Assembly: GCA_964499705.1 (NCBI GenBank)
Contig: CAZCME010000013.1
Location: 45,217-109,216, forward strand
Reading direction: 5' to 3'
DNA from: an uncultured bacterium
GTDB taxonomy: Bacteria; UBA8481
Length of the DNA: 64,000 nucleotides
In this document: positions 25,706 through 34,826 of the stretch, piece after piece
Numbering within the stretch: position 1 is the stretch's first letter
Layout of the letters: every line of letters begins with the position of its first letter
The notes under the pieces: generated by a model
The model's input: only the letters and a program-made list of their open reading frames with translations
Told to the model about the DNA's origin: nothing
The model's database searches: none
Position numbers and translations under genes: made by a program

Positions 25706-28020
25706 AAGGTTTCATCGCGCCGCTCATTCCTCCAAGCGAGCCCGAGGAGCTGGCACTCTGGGGCTCCAATCTCACGAAAGCTCTCACCGACCTGACGGAG
25801 AAGCTGACCTCGCCGGCCTTTGCCGAGCTCGATCCCGCGCGCGTCAGCGCATACGCCGTCGGCGGATACGGGCGCCGCGAGCTCGTTCCCTTCTCGGACG
25901 TCGACATTCTCTTCGTCGTGAAAAAGGACAAGGAAGTCGACCTCTCGAAGTCGATCTCCTTCCTATGGAGCCTGGGACTGAAACCGAGCGTCCTCATCCG
26001 GAATCTCGACAACCTGAAGGCCGCGGTCGCTGACGATCTGCTCTTCGCAACGACTCTCATCGACGCGCGGCACCTTTTCGGTTTCGAAGCGGAGCTCCTG
26101 TCCGGCCCGAAGACGTGGATCCGGTCGATCCGTCCGAAATTCGCGGAGGAGCACGAGAAGGAGAGAATGATCCGGCACCTGAAATATCTCGGCGCGGGCC
26201 ATCAGGAGCCCAACGTCCGGGATGGTCGCGGAGGCCTGCGCGATCTCCAGGATCGCCGGTGGATCGGCGCCATGGACAACTGGGAGAAACGCGACGAGGC
26301 GCTCTCCCCGGGGCAATGGGAGGATTACCGCAGGCTCCTCGCCGCCCGCGCGATCATCCACTGCGCGCTGGAGAAGCGCGAGGACCGGCTGCTGCTGGAA
26401 GAACAACAGACGATCAACGACTGGCTCGGATGGCCCATCGGAAAAAATTTCGCGAAGGAAACGCTCAGCACGATGAAACGCGTCGTCCGATCCTTCGATC
26501 CGGCGCCGCCCGACCCCGAATCCCGCGTCACCATCACGGAATTTCTGAACCGCATCGGAGCCGCAGACGAGAAGCCGCCGGCGACTTACCTGCGAAGGTG
26601 CGACGAAACAGGCGACCTGGGCCGACTCATCCCGGAATGGACGCGCATCGAATGCCTCACGAGGAACGATCCGATCCACCTCTTCACGCCCGAGGAACAT
26701 ACGCTCCGGGCCGTGGAACACCTGGATGCGATGCTCGCCGAAGGCCGCTTCCCGATCGACATCGCCGCCCTGAAGCGCCGCGATCTCCTGACGCTCGCGC
26801 TCCTCTTCCACGACATCGGCAAGGGATCCGGCAGGGACCACGAGGTGCGCGGACGGGAAATCGCGGAGGAGACGATGGAACGATGGGGTTATCCGCCGGG
26901 CGACATCGCGCTCGTCGCGTTCCTCGTGAACGAGCATCTGCTTCTCTCGTCGAACGCGTTCATGCGGGACGTTCACGATCCGAGCCTCATCCATGATGTC
27001 GCGAAGCGGATCGGCGACATCGAAAAGCTGACGATGCTCTATCTCCTAACGGTCGCCGACATCCGTGCCGTCAACGTGGAGTCGTTTTCGGAATGGAAAG
27101 CGAACCTCCTCAATACTCTGACGCGCCGCCTGTACCGCCAATGCCAGGCTTACCTCCCGACCGCCAAGCTCGCGGCGGACATACTCCGGCGTCGTCACGA
27201 GGCCGTGCTGCGACTCCCAGGGATGGGAGGAGTGTCGCGGGAGTCCACGGAGGGACGGAGCGACCCGCTCATGGCCAGCGATGCTCTCGACATGGACATC
27301 GAACGGCACTTCGCCAACATCGACGCGCGGTACGCCCTTGCTCATTCGCCCGAGCAGATCGCCAGCCACATCAAGCTGATCCCGAGATTGACGGCCGAGA
27401 AGACGGTGATCGAGCACCACTCCCATCCGGAAATGGGCTACACGGAAGTCCTGGTCATCACTCAGACCCATCACGGCCTCTTCGCCGAGATCGCCGGCAC
27501 CCTGTCCGCGAAGGGCTTCAATATTCTCGAAGCGGACATTTCCACCCGGACCGACGGCATCGCGATCGACTCCTTCAAGGTGAGCGACACATTCGATCCG
27601 GACCGCTGGAAATCCTTCGACCGTGACCTGATGCGCCTTCTTTCTAAGGAGATTTCGGCGGCGGCGCTGATCGCGGAACGCATGCCCTACGCCCGCCGGA
27701 ACGACCGCAAGGGGTCAGCGGCCGGCCGCAAGAAAACCGCGATCCTCATCGATAACCAGAGTTCCAAGACAAACACCGTCGTCGAGGTGATGGCGCCGGA
27801 CGAGATGGGCATTCTATACAGAATCGCCAAGACATTTCGTGATTGCGAGATAGGCATCAATTCGGCTATCGTATCGACAACATCGGATCAGGTAGTCGAC
27901 GTCTTCTACGTCACCACCCGGTCCGGAGAGAAGATCACGGACAAGACGGGCATGGAACGAATGGAATACCTGTTGCGCCAGATTATTTCGACCGAGAATT
28001 CAGGAGCCGCCATAGCATGA
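25702..28020 (+). CDS. glnD: [Protein-PII] uridylyltransferase/uridylyl-removing enzyme
   Basis: 772-aa ORF with nucleotidyltransferase motif (AVGGYGRRELVPFSDVDILFV), HD domain (LLFHDIGKG) and C-terminal ACT-like repeats. Confidence 0.85.
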   Translation: MKGFIAPLIPPSEPEELALWGSNLTKALTDLTEKLTSPAFAELDPARVSAYAVGGYGRRELVPFSDVDILFVVKKDKEVDLSKSISFLWSLGLKPSVLIRNLDNLKAAVADDLLFATTLIDARHLFGFEAELLSGPKTWIRSIRPKFAEEHEKERMIRHLKYLGAGHQEPNVRDGRGGLRDLQDRRWIGAMDNWEKRDEALSPGQWEDYRRLLAARAIIHCALEKREDRLLLEEQQTINDWLGWPIGKNFAKETLSTMKRVVRSFDPAPPDPESRVTITEFLNRIGAADEKPPATYLRRCDETGDLGRLIPEWTRIECLTRNDPIHLFTPEEHTLRAVEHLDAMLAEGRFPIDIAALKRRDLLTLALLFHDIGKGSGRDHEVRGREIAEETMERWGYPPGDIALVAFLVNEHLLLSSNAFMRDVHDPSLIHDVAKRIGDIEKLTMLYLLTVADIRAVNVESFSEWKANLLNTLTRRLYRQCQAYLPTAKLAADILRRRHEAVLRLPGMGGVSRESTEGRSDPLMASDALDMDIERHFANIDARYALAHSPEQIASHIKLIPRLTAEKTVIEHHSHPEMGYTEVLVITQTHHGLFAEIAGTLSAKGFNILEADISTRTDGIAIDSFKVSDTFDPDRWKSFDRDLMRLLSKEISAAALIAERMPYARRNDRKGSAAGRKKTAILIDNQSSKTNTVVEVMAPDEMGILYRIAKTFRDCEIGINSAIVSTTSDQVVDVFYVTTRSGEKITDKTGMERMEYLLRQIISTENSGAAIA

Positions 28021-28042
28021 TGATGAGACAGGGCCCCGCCCT

Positions 28043-28924
28043 GTGAAGGTCCATTTCTACGGTGTCCGAGGTTCCCTGCCGACACCCGGCCCCTCGACGG
28101 TAAAGTACGGGGGCAACACATCCTGCGTCGAGGTCAGCGTTCCTGAAAGCGACAACATCTTCATCATCGACGCCGGCACCGGGATCCGCGAGCTCGGCGG
28201 CAAGCTCGCTTCCAAGCGCGACAAGGTCATCAACCTCTTCATCTCCCATACGCACTGGGATCACATCCAGGGCTTTCCCTTCTTCGTGCCGATCTACATG
28301 CCCCATCACAAGGTCAAGGTCTTTGGCCCCACCAACGATTCGCTCGACCTCTCCCTGCACGACGTCCTCACAAAGCAGATGGACTACTCCGTCTTCCCCG
28401 TCCGCTACGGCGAGCTCCAGGCGACGCTCTCGTACACGGCCATGAAGAAGGAGACGCTGATGATCGGCGAAGTCGAAGTGACGGCGCGCCCCCTGAATCA
28501 TCCCGTCCTGACGCTCGGATATTCCATCGCTCACAAGGGAAAGAAGGTCGTGTATCAGTCGGATCACGAACCTTTCTACAATCTTTTTTCCGACGGCGCG
28601 GAGGAGGCGGATTCCTTTATCAACGAGTTGAACCAGGAGATCGTGGATTTCGCCGCCGGAGCGGATCTTCTGATCGCCGACGCGATGTACACGGCCGAGG
28701 AATACGACAAGCACCGCGGCTGGGGACACTCCTCCGTTCTGCACGTCCTCGACCGCGCCATCGCCGCCAAATGCCGGAAGCTCGCCATCTTCCATCATGA
28801 CCCCCTGCACAACGACGCGTTCATGGATAAGATCTACGAGGATCTCATGGCGGAAAAAGCCAGGCGGGATGCGGGCGACCTGGAAATCTTCATAGCGGCG
28901 GAAGGTCTCGAGATTACTCTTTGA
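28043..28924 (+). CDS. MBL-fold metallo-hydrolase
   Basis: 293-aa ORF with the metallo-beta-lactamase motif ISHTHWDHIQGFP and downstream His/Asp ligands. Confidence 0.75.
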   Translation: MKVHFYGVRGSLPTPGPSTVKYGGNTSCVEVSVPESDNIFIIDAGTGIRELGGKLASKRDKVINLFISHTHWDHIQGFPFFVPIYMPHHKVKVFGPTNDSLDLSLHDVLTKQMDYSVFPVRYGELQATLSYTAMKKETLMIGEVEVTARPLNHPVLTLGYSIAHKGKKVVYQSDHEPFYNLFSDGAEEADSFINELNQEIVDFAAGADLLIADAMYTAEEYDKHRGWGHSSVLHVLDRAIAAKCRKLAIFHHDPLHNDAFMDKIYEDLMAEKARRDAGDLEIFIAAEGLEITL

Positions 28925-29292
28925 CCGGGGGAGGGGACATGATCTTCACGAGCAGATTCTTCAAGGTCATCGCCGGCCTTGCGATCCTGTTCTCGGCGGC
29001 CTGTTCGGCGCAACCCACGGGAATCGACCTGGAGAAGCTGGATGATGCGTCGCGGCACGCCGTGCGGCGCGCGGTCGAGCTCGTCATGGAAGCGAAGAAT
29101 GTCCGGGCGGAGGACGTGGAGGTGCTCTCGGCGGAAGCGGTCGACTGGCCGGACTCCTCCCTCGGACTGCCGGAACCGGGGATGATGTATGCCCAGGTGA
29201 TCACTCCTGGCCATCGCGTCAGGCTGAAGGCGAAAACGGACGAGATCCTCGAAGTGCATACGTCCGGAACGAGAGCAATCCTGAAACACTGA
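28921..29292 (+). CDS. Hypothetical small secreted protein or lipoprotein
   Basis: 123-aa ORF; N-terminal hydrophobic segment ending in SAAC; start overlaps the upstream stop. Confidence 0.4.
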   Translation: MTGGGDMIFTSRFFKVIAGLAILFSAACSAQPTGIDLEKLDDASRHAVRRAVELVMEAKNVRAEDVEVLSAEAVDWPDSSLGLPEPGMMYAQVITPGHRVRLKAKTDEILEVHTSGTRAILKH

Positions 29293-29367
29293 TTTGTTTC
29301 AGCCGGAAAATGGATTTTCGCGAACTGAAATCGTAAATCCTCAATCCTTATGATACAGTTTCACCCC

Positions 29368-32055
29368 ATGTTGACCTCTTCCGACATCCGCGAGTCGTTC
29401 CTCGGCTTCTTCGAGAAAAAAGGCCACCGCCGCGTGCCGTCGTCGCCCCTGCTGCCCGCGGAGGATCCGACCCTTCTGTTCACGAACGCGGGCATGAACC
29501 AGTTCAAGCTCGTTTTCACCGGCCGCGAATCGCGCGACTACAACCGGGCGGCTTCCTCGCAGCGTTGCGTGCGTGCGGGCGGCAAGCATAACGACCTGGA
29601 GAATGTCGGATACACGGCTCGCCACCACACCTTCTTCGAAATGCTGGGCAATTTCTCCTTCGGGGATTACTTCAAGGAAGGCGCCATCTCCTTCGCTTAC
29701 GATCTCCTCGTTCGAGAATGGAAGATGGATCCGGCGCGGCTCCTCTTCACGGTCTTCTCCGGCGAAGGCGGAATCCCGGCCGACGACGAGGCGCGCTCGT
29801 TGTGGAAGAAGATCGCGGGAGTCGGAGACGACCGCGTGCTGGGGCTGGGGATGCAGGACAATTTCTGGGCGATGGGCGACACGGGGCCGTGCGGACCGTG
29901 TTCCGAGATCCATTACCACCTGGGCGACGACATCGCGTGCGCGGAAGAGTCGGCCGGACGAAAATGCAAAGGTGTCGCGTGCGATTGCGACCGCTGGATG
30001 GAGATCTGGAACCTTGTCTTCATGCAGTACGAGCGATCGGGCGAAGGCGTGCTGACTCCCCTGCCTGCTCCCTCGATCGACACGGGCATGGGACTGGAGC
30101 GCGTCACCGCGGTCCTGCAGGGTAAACGCTCCAACTACGATACCGATCTTTTCCAGCGGATCATCGCGGAGATCGGATCGCGCATGAACAGGACCTATGG
30201 TCAGGAGGAGACGACCGACGTCTCCCTCAGGGTCGTCGCGGATCACCTCCGCGCCGCCGCGTTTCTCATCGCGGACGGCATCTATCCCTCGAACGAAGGG
30301 CGGGGCTATGTGCTGCGGAGGATCATGCGCCGTATGATCCGGCATGTCCGACTGATGGGTTCGCACGAACCCGTGGCCTTCACGCTCGTGCCCGTTCTCG
30401 TCGAGCTGATGGGCCAGGCTCATCCCGTCCTGGAAGAACGCGCGGCGATCATCACGCAGGCGATCCGCCGCGAGGAGGAGACATTCCTCGTCACGCTCGA
30501 TCGGGGCCTGTTGCTCCTGGACGAAGCCATCGCATCCCTGAAGGAGAAGACGATCCCCGGCAGCATCGTCTTCAAGCTGTATGACACATACGGATTTCCT
30601 CCGGACCTGACCGCCCTTCTCGCGCGCGACCGGAATCTCGCGATCGACCAGCCGGGATTCGACGCGGAAATGGCGGCTCAGCGGGATCGTTCGAGAAAGG
30701 CTTCGAGCTTCGAAGCGGCGGCGGAGATCGACACGGATGTGGAGACGCCGACGGAGTTCGTGGGATACGAGGAGCTCCGCGCGGATGCGCGCGTCCTCAC
30801 GGTCTTTCCCGAGGCGAACGGGAAGCATTGCGTCGTCCTCGATCGTTCGCCTTTCTACGCCGAGTCCGGCGGCCAGGTCGGCGATCAAGGCCTCATTTCG
30901 GGCGGAACAGCCCGCTTCCAGGTGGAGGGAACCATCAAGAATTCCCGGGGTGTTTATTTCCACACGGGCGTATTCGAATCCGGAATGCTCGACGTGGGCG
31001 CCCTAGTCCGCGCGGAGGTCAATCGCGGTGCGCGCGTGGCGACGGAGCGCCATCATACGGGAACGCATCTGCTTCACGCCGCGCTTCACGAAGTGCTGGG
31101 AGATCACGTACGGCAGGCCGGGTCGCTCGTGACGCCCGACAGGCTGCGCTTCGACTTCGCTCATTTCCAGGCCATGACTCCGGAAGAAATCCGAAAGGTC
31201 GAAGAAATCGCGAACGCCGCCGTGCTCGCCGACCTGGATGTCACGAAGCGGGTCTACCCCATAGAGGAAGCGAAGAAGATGGGGGCGAAGATGTTCTTCG
31301 GGGACAAGTACGGGGAACTGGTCCGCGTCGTCTCGATCGAAGGGCGCAGCGATTACGGCGAGAGCTCTTCGGCCGCTCGGGAAGTTGCATCGCGAGAGTT
31401 CTGCGGCGGCACTCATGTCCGGCGGAGCGGCGAGATCGGGATCATCAGGATCCTCTCGGAGTCGGCCATCTCGGCGGGAGTCCGGCGCATGGAAGCCGTG
31501 GCCGGAACGAAAGCGCTGGAGCATGTCGTCCGCCACGAGGAGATACTGCACACGGTCGGAGCCAGGCTAACTTCGACCGTGGCTGAGCTGCCGGAGCGGC
31601 TGGAGCGGGTGCTCGACGAGAGGAAAAAGCTCCAGAAGGAACTGGCGCGAGCGCGCGCGGAAAAGGCGATGCGGGAGGCGGATGAAGCCGTGAAGGGATT
31701 TCAGGACCTCGGCGGCGTCCGGCTGGGCGCGGCCTTCATCGAGGACATCGATCGCACCGCCATGCGACTGGTCGGAGACAAGCTCTTGCAATCCATCGGC
31801 AGCGGCGTCATCATCGTCGGCAGCAATCCCGCCGATGACGAAGGCCGCAGGAAAGCCGCGCTCTGCGTCCTCGTCTCCAAAGATCGGACGAACATCGTCA
31901 AGGCGGGTGACATCGTCGCGCGGCTGGCGAAGATATGCGGCGGCGGCGGCGGGGGACGACCTGAGATTGCCGAAGCGGGCGGCAAGGATGCGGCGAAGGT
32001 GCCCGAGGCGATCGATGCCGCGGCCGGAATCGTAAAGGAGCTGATGAAAGCATGA
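29368..32055 (+). CDS. alaS: Alanine--tRNA ligase
   Basis: ORF 29350..32055 trimmed to Met 29368 (MLTSSDIRESFLGFFEKKGH...); class II aaRS motifs and AlaS editing/C-terminal regions (HHTGTHLLH). Confidence 0.9.
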   Translation: MLTSSDIRESFLGFFEKKGHRRVPSSPLLPAEDPTLLFTNAGMNQFKLVFTGRESRDYNRAASSQRCVRAGGKHNDLENVGYTARHHTFFEMLGNFSFGDYFKEGAISFAYDLLVREWKMDPARLLFTVFSGEGGIPADDEARSLWKKIAGVGDDRVLGLGMQDNFWAMGDTGPCGPCSEIHYHLGDDIACAEESAGRKCKGVACDCDRWMEIWNLVFMQYERSGEGVLTPLPAPSIDTGMGLERVTAVLQGKRSNYDTDLFQRIIAEIGSRMNRTYGQEETTDVSLRVVADHLRAAAFLIADGIYPSNEGRGYVLRRIMRRMIRHVRLMGSHEPVAFTLVPVLVELMGQAHPVLEERAAIITQAIRREEETFLVTLDRGLLLLDEAIASLKEKTIPGSIVFKLYDTYGFPPDLTALLARDRNLAIDQPGFDAEMAAQRDRSRKASSFEAAAEIDTDVETPTEFVGYEELRADARVLTVFPEANGKHCVVLDRSPFYAESGGQVGDQGLISGGTARFQVEGTIKNSRGVYFHTGVFESGMLDVGALVRAEVNRGARVATERHHTGTHLLHAALHEVLGDHVRQAGSLVTPDRLRFDFAHFQAMTPEEIRKVEEIANAAVLADLDVTKRVYPIEEAKKMGAKMFFGDKYGELVRVVSIEGRSDYGESSSAAREVASREFCGGTHVRRSGEIGIIRILSESAISAGVRRMEAVAGTKALEHVVRHEEILHTVGARLTSTVAELPERLERVLDERKKLQKELARARAEKAMREADEAVKGFQDLGGVRLGAAFIEDIDRTAMRLVGDKLLQSIGSGVIIVGSNPADDEGRRKAALCVLVSKDRTNIVKAGDIVARLAKICGGGGGGRPEIAEAGGKDAAKVPEAIDAAAGIVKELMKA

Positions 32056-32225
32056 AGCAGAAAAGGAAGTCGGGAGAGACCACGGACGAAATGGAACAGG
32101 CGGAACTCGCGACCCTGGCTCCGGAGCTGGCGGCGAACGACAAGAGCGAAGAGAAAGCCTGGGGCATCAAGACCGACAAGGCGGCCTACAGCCGCCAGCG
32201 CATCGACATACCCGACCGCTGGTAA
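32052..32225 (+). CDS. Hypothetical 57-aa hydrophilic small protein
   Basis: ATG at 32052 overlaps the alaS stop (ATGA); my translation MKQKRKSGETTDEMEQAELATLAPELAANDKSEEKAWGIKTDKAAYSRQRIDIPDRW with genome-like GC-rich third positions. Below the ORF-track length cut-off. Confidence 0.25.
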   Translation: MKQKRKSGETTDEMEQAELATLAPELAANDKSEEKAWGIKTDKAAYSRQRIDIPDRW

Positions 32226-32241
32226 TTTCCGCTTCATCCCT

Positions 32242-32649
32242 TTGAGCAAGCCCTCGACCGTCCTCGCCGTCGACGCCGGCACGGTCCGGATCGGCTTGGC
32301 GATTTCCGACGAGACCGGCACGTTTGCATTTCCCCTCGAAGTCATCCCCGCAAAAAATGCGATTGCGCGAATCAAGGCGCTCTGCGAGGAGCGCACGGTG
32401 ACGCAGGTGATCGTGGGACTGCCGCTGACGATGAAGGGAGACATCGGCCCCGAAGCCGCGCGTGTGGAGAAGTTCATCCGGAAACTTCAGCGCGCTCTTC
32501 AACCCCTGCCCGTGACCGCCGTCGATGAACGGCTCAGTTCACTCGTGGCGGACCGTATTCTCGAATCCGGCAAGGGACACCCAAAGCGCGACGCCGTGGC
32601 GGCGGCGGTGATACTGGAGAGCTATCTGAAGACGATCAATGACAAATGA
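32242..32649 (+). CDS. ruvX: Putative pre-16S rRNA nuclease / Holliday junction resolvase-like protein (RuvX/YqgF)
   Basis: 135-aa ORF (TTG start in track) with VLAVDAGTVRIGLAISD... and VIVGLPLTMKGDIGPEA; canonical position downstream of alaS. Confidence 0.8.
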   Translation: MSKPSTVLAVDAGTVRIGLAISDETGTFAFPLEVIPAKNAIARIKALCEERTVTQVIVGLPLTMKGDIGPEAARVEKFIRKLQRALQPLPVTAVDERLSSLVADRILESGKGHPKRDAVAAAVILESYLKTINDK

Positions 32650-32719
32650 CGAATGAACAACGACTGATGAACAATTCCTGATTGTTCATCAGTCGTTGTT
32701 CATTCGTCATTTGTCATTG
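32637..32719. terminator. Perfect 39-bp inverted repeat with 5-nt loop; candidate bidirectional terminator
   Basis: Arms 32637..32675 and 32681..32719 are exact reverse complements (loop TCCTG). The arms contain the last codons and stops of convergent ruvX and asnB, so both proteins end in NDK. Confidence 0.5.
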
Positions 32720-34617
32720 GAACCCTGGTCCGCAAACTGACGGTGCCATAGCTCCAGCATCAGAAGCGCCCAGAGACGGAAGGCATTATTGCGGCGACCG
32801 GCCTTGTGGTCATCAATGAGGCGTTCGATGACTTCGCGCTTGAAGTAGCCGCGCGCGAGGGAACCCGAGTCCAGGAGGATCTCGCGAATATATCCGTGCA
32901 GCTCGCCCTGGAACCAATGCGAAAGCGGAACGCTGAAGCCCATCTTTCTTCGATAGAGAATCTCATACGGCAATATTCCGTGATGCGCTTCCTTCAAAAT
33001 TTTCTTCGACGAGAACGCTCCGACTTTCCACGTCCGCGGCAGGGAAGCGGCGAACTCCATGATCGACGTGTCGAGGAGAGGCGATCGGGTTTCGAGCGAG
33101 ACGGCCATGGAGGCGACATCGACCTTCACGAGAAGCGTATCCGGCAGGTACATGAGCGTATCGGAACGGAGAACGCGGTCGACGAGATCGGCCTTGCGGG
33201 GATTGTCCCAGCCGTCGGTCATGAGACGGAGGAGATAATCGTCGGCGGAGTGGTTGCCGAGCCGGGCGCGAAATTCGTCGGAGTACATCTGTTGCCGCGC
33301 CTCGGCGTCGAAGTATGCGAAGATGCTGAGATTGAACTTGTCCGGAGTGCATTGCGAGGCTCGCGCGAAGCGGCGGATCTTCCTCGCGAGCGATCGGTTT
33401 TGCACTCCCTCGGGAAGCCATGACGTCGCTTTTTCCGTGAGCGAGCGTATGCCGGAGGTCGTGAGGCTGGAATAAAGCCCGTGCATGAGGAGCGCGCGGT
33501 AGCGCTCGTAGCCACCGAAGTATTCGTCTCCCCCGTCGCCGTTCAACGCCACCGTGACGCGCTGGCGCGTCATGCGGCTGACGTAGTAGGTCGGCAGGGC
33601 GGACGAGTCGGCGTAGGGCTGGTCGTAGTGCCAGACGAGCTTCGGCAGGATCTCCATGGCGTCCGGTTCGACGATGAATTCCTCGTGCTGCGTGCCAAAC
33701 TTCTCCGCGACCATCCGGGCATACTGGGTCTCGTTGAAATCCCTGTTCGGAAATCCGATGGAAAACGTTTTGACCGGCGCGGAGGATACTTCCGCCATGG
33801 CGGAAACCACCGCCGAGGAATCGACGCCTCCGGAAAGAAACGCGCCGAGCGGAACGTCGGATATGAGCCGGGCTTTTGTGGCGTCGACGATCAATTCGCG
33901 TAGCCTGATTTTCGCGTCGTCGTACGAGAGATCGGTCTTCCGGACCCAATCCGCCTGCCAGTAGGTTTCGATCTTTGCGCTTTCGCCTGTCCAGACGAGT
34001 CGCGAAGCGGGAGGCAGGCGATGCACGCCATTGAAGATGGTTTTCGTTCCCGGAATCGACTGATATGTAAGATACAGATCGATCGACTCCGGATCGATTT
34101 CGCGCGGGCAGTTCGGAAGCGTCAGGAGCGCCTTGATCTCCGACGCGAAGTAGATCCCCTCGGCGTCCTCGAACCAGTACACCGGTTTTTTGCCCGCGCG
34201 ATCGCGCGCGATGAGGAGCGAGCGATCCCGCGTGTTCCAGATCGCGAACGCGAACATGCCCCTCAGTTTTTCCGGAACGCGCGCGCCGAGTTCCTCATAG
34301 AGATGAACGATCGCCTCCGTGTCGGAATGCGTCCGAAATCGATGACCCCTGGATTCCAGATCCGGCCGCAGCTCGAGAAAGTTGTATACCTCCCCGTTGA
34401 ACGTGATCCAGACCGATTCGTCCTCGTTGGACAAGGGTTGCCTGCCGCCCTCGAGATCGATGATGGAGAGCCGGCGATGTCCAAGCCCACAGCCTTCCAG
34501 CGCGACGTGCCCTTCCCCGTCGGGACCGCGATGGACCAGCGTATCGGTCATACGTTTGAGAACGGAAACGTCGGGCTTGCGCCCATCTCGATAAACAATT
34601 CCAGCTATGCCGCACAT
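32707..34617 (-). CDS. asnB: Asparagine synthase (glutamine-hydrolysing)
   Basis: ORF 32707..34647 trimmed to Met 34617 so the protein begins MCGIAGIV (catalytic Cys2); PP-loop SGGVDSS; the upstream 10 codons of the track ORF are encoded by a repeat copy. Confidence 0.85.
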   Translation of the reverse strand: MCGIAGIVYRDGRKPDVSVLKRMTDTLVHRGPDGEGHVALEGCGLGHRRLSIIDLEGGRQPLSNEDESVWITFNGEVYNFLELRPDLESRGHRFRTHSDTEAIVHLYEELGARVPEKLRGMFAFAIWNTRDRSLLIARDRAGKKPVYWFEDAEGIYFASEIKALLTLPNCPREIDPESIDLYLTYQSIPGTKTIFNGVHRLPPASRLVWTGESAKIETYWQADWVRKTDLSYDDAKIRLRELIVDATKARLISDVPLGAFLSGGVDSSAVVSAMAEVSSAPVKTFSIGFPNRDFNETQYARMVAEKFGTQHEEFIVEPDAMEILPKLVWHYDQPYADSSALPTYYVSRMTRQRVTVALNGDGGDEYFGGYERYRALLMHGLYSSLTTSGIRSLTEKATSWLPEGVQNRSLARKIRRFARASQCTPDKFNLSIFAYFDAEARQQMYSDEFRARLGNHSADDYLLRLMTDGWDNPRKADLVDRVLRSDTLMYLPDTLLVKVDVASMAVSLETRSPLLDTSIMEFAASLPRTWKVGAFSSKKILKEAHHGILPYEILYRRKMGFSVPLSHWFQGELHGYIREILLDSGSLARGYFKREVIERLIDDHKAGRRNNAFRLWALLMLELWHRQFADQGSNDK

Positions 34618-34629
34618 GGGGGAAGAATA

Positions 34630-34657
34630 GGGGACATTCTCCAACATTCCAACATTG
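34630..34657 (-). repeat. 28-bp REP-like repeat, copy 3
   Basis: Exact GGGGACATTCTCCAACATTCCAACATTG; on the minus strand it ends 12 nt upstream of the asnB ATG. Confidence 0.8.
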
Positions 34658-34826
34658 AGGATGAAGGAGTTATGGAATTCATTCCTAAAGGAATCATGAA
34701 AAGTTCATCATCATCTCGCGGGAAAATGCATCTGGGATATTTTTCAAGGCTGGAATCGCTGAAAATAGGGTCCAACACGCGAATGCGTCTGAGTTTTCAT
34801 CGTTTCAACCCCGATAAAATCCAGAC

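Noticed and set aside
25963-31586. ORFs 25963..26994 (-), 26115..26996 (+), 29341..30963 (-), 30828..31586 (+), 31701..32477 (-)
   Set aside because: Shadow frames over glnD and alaS.
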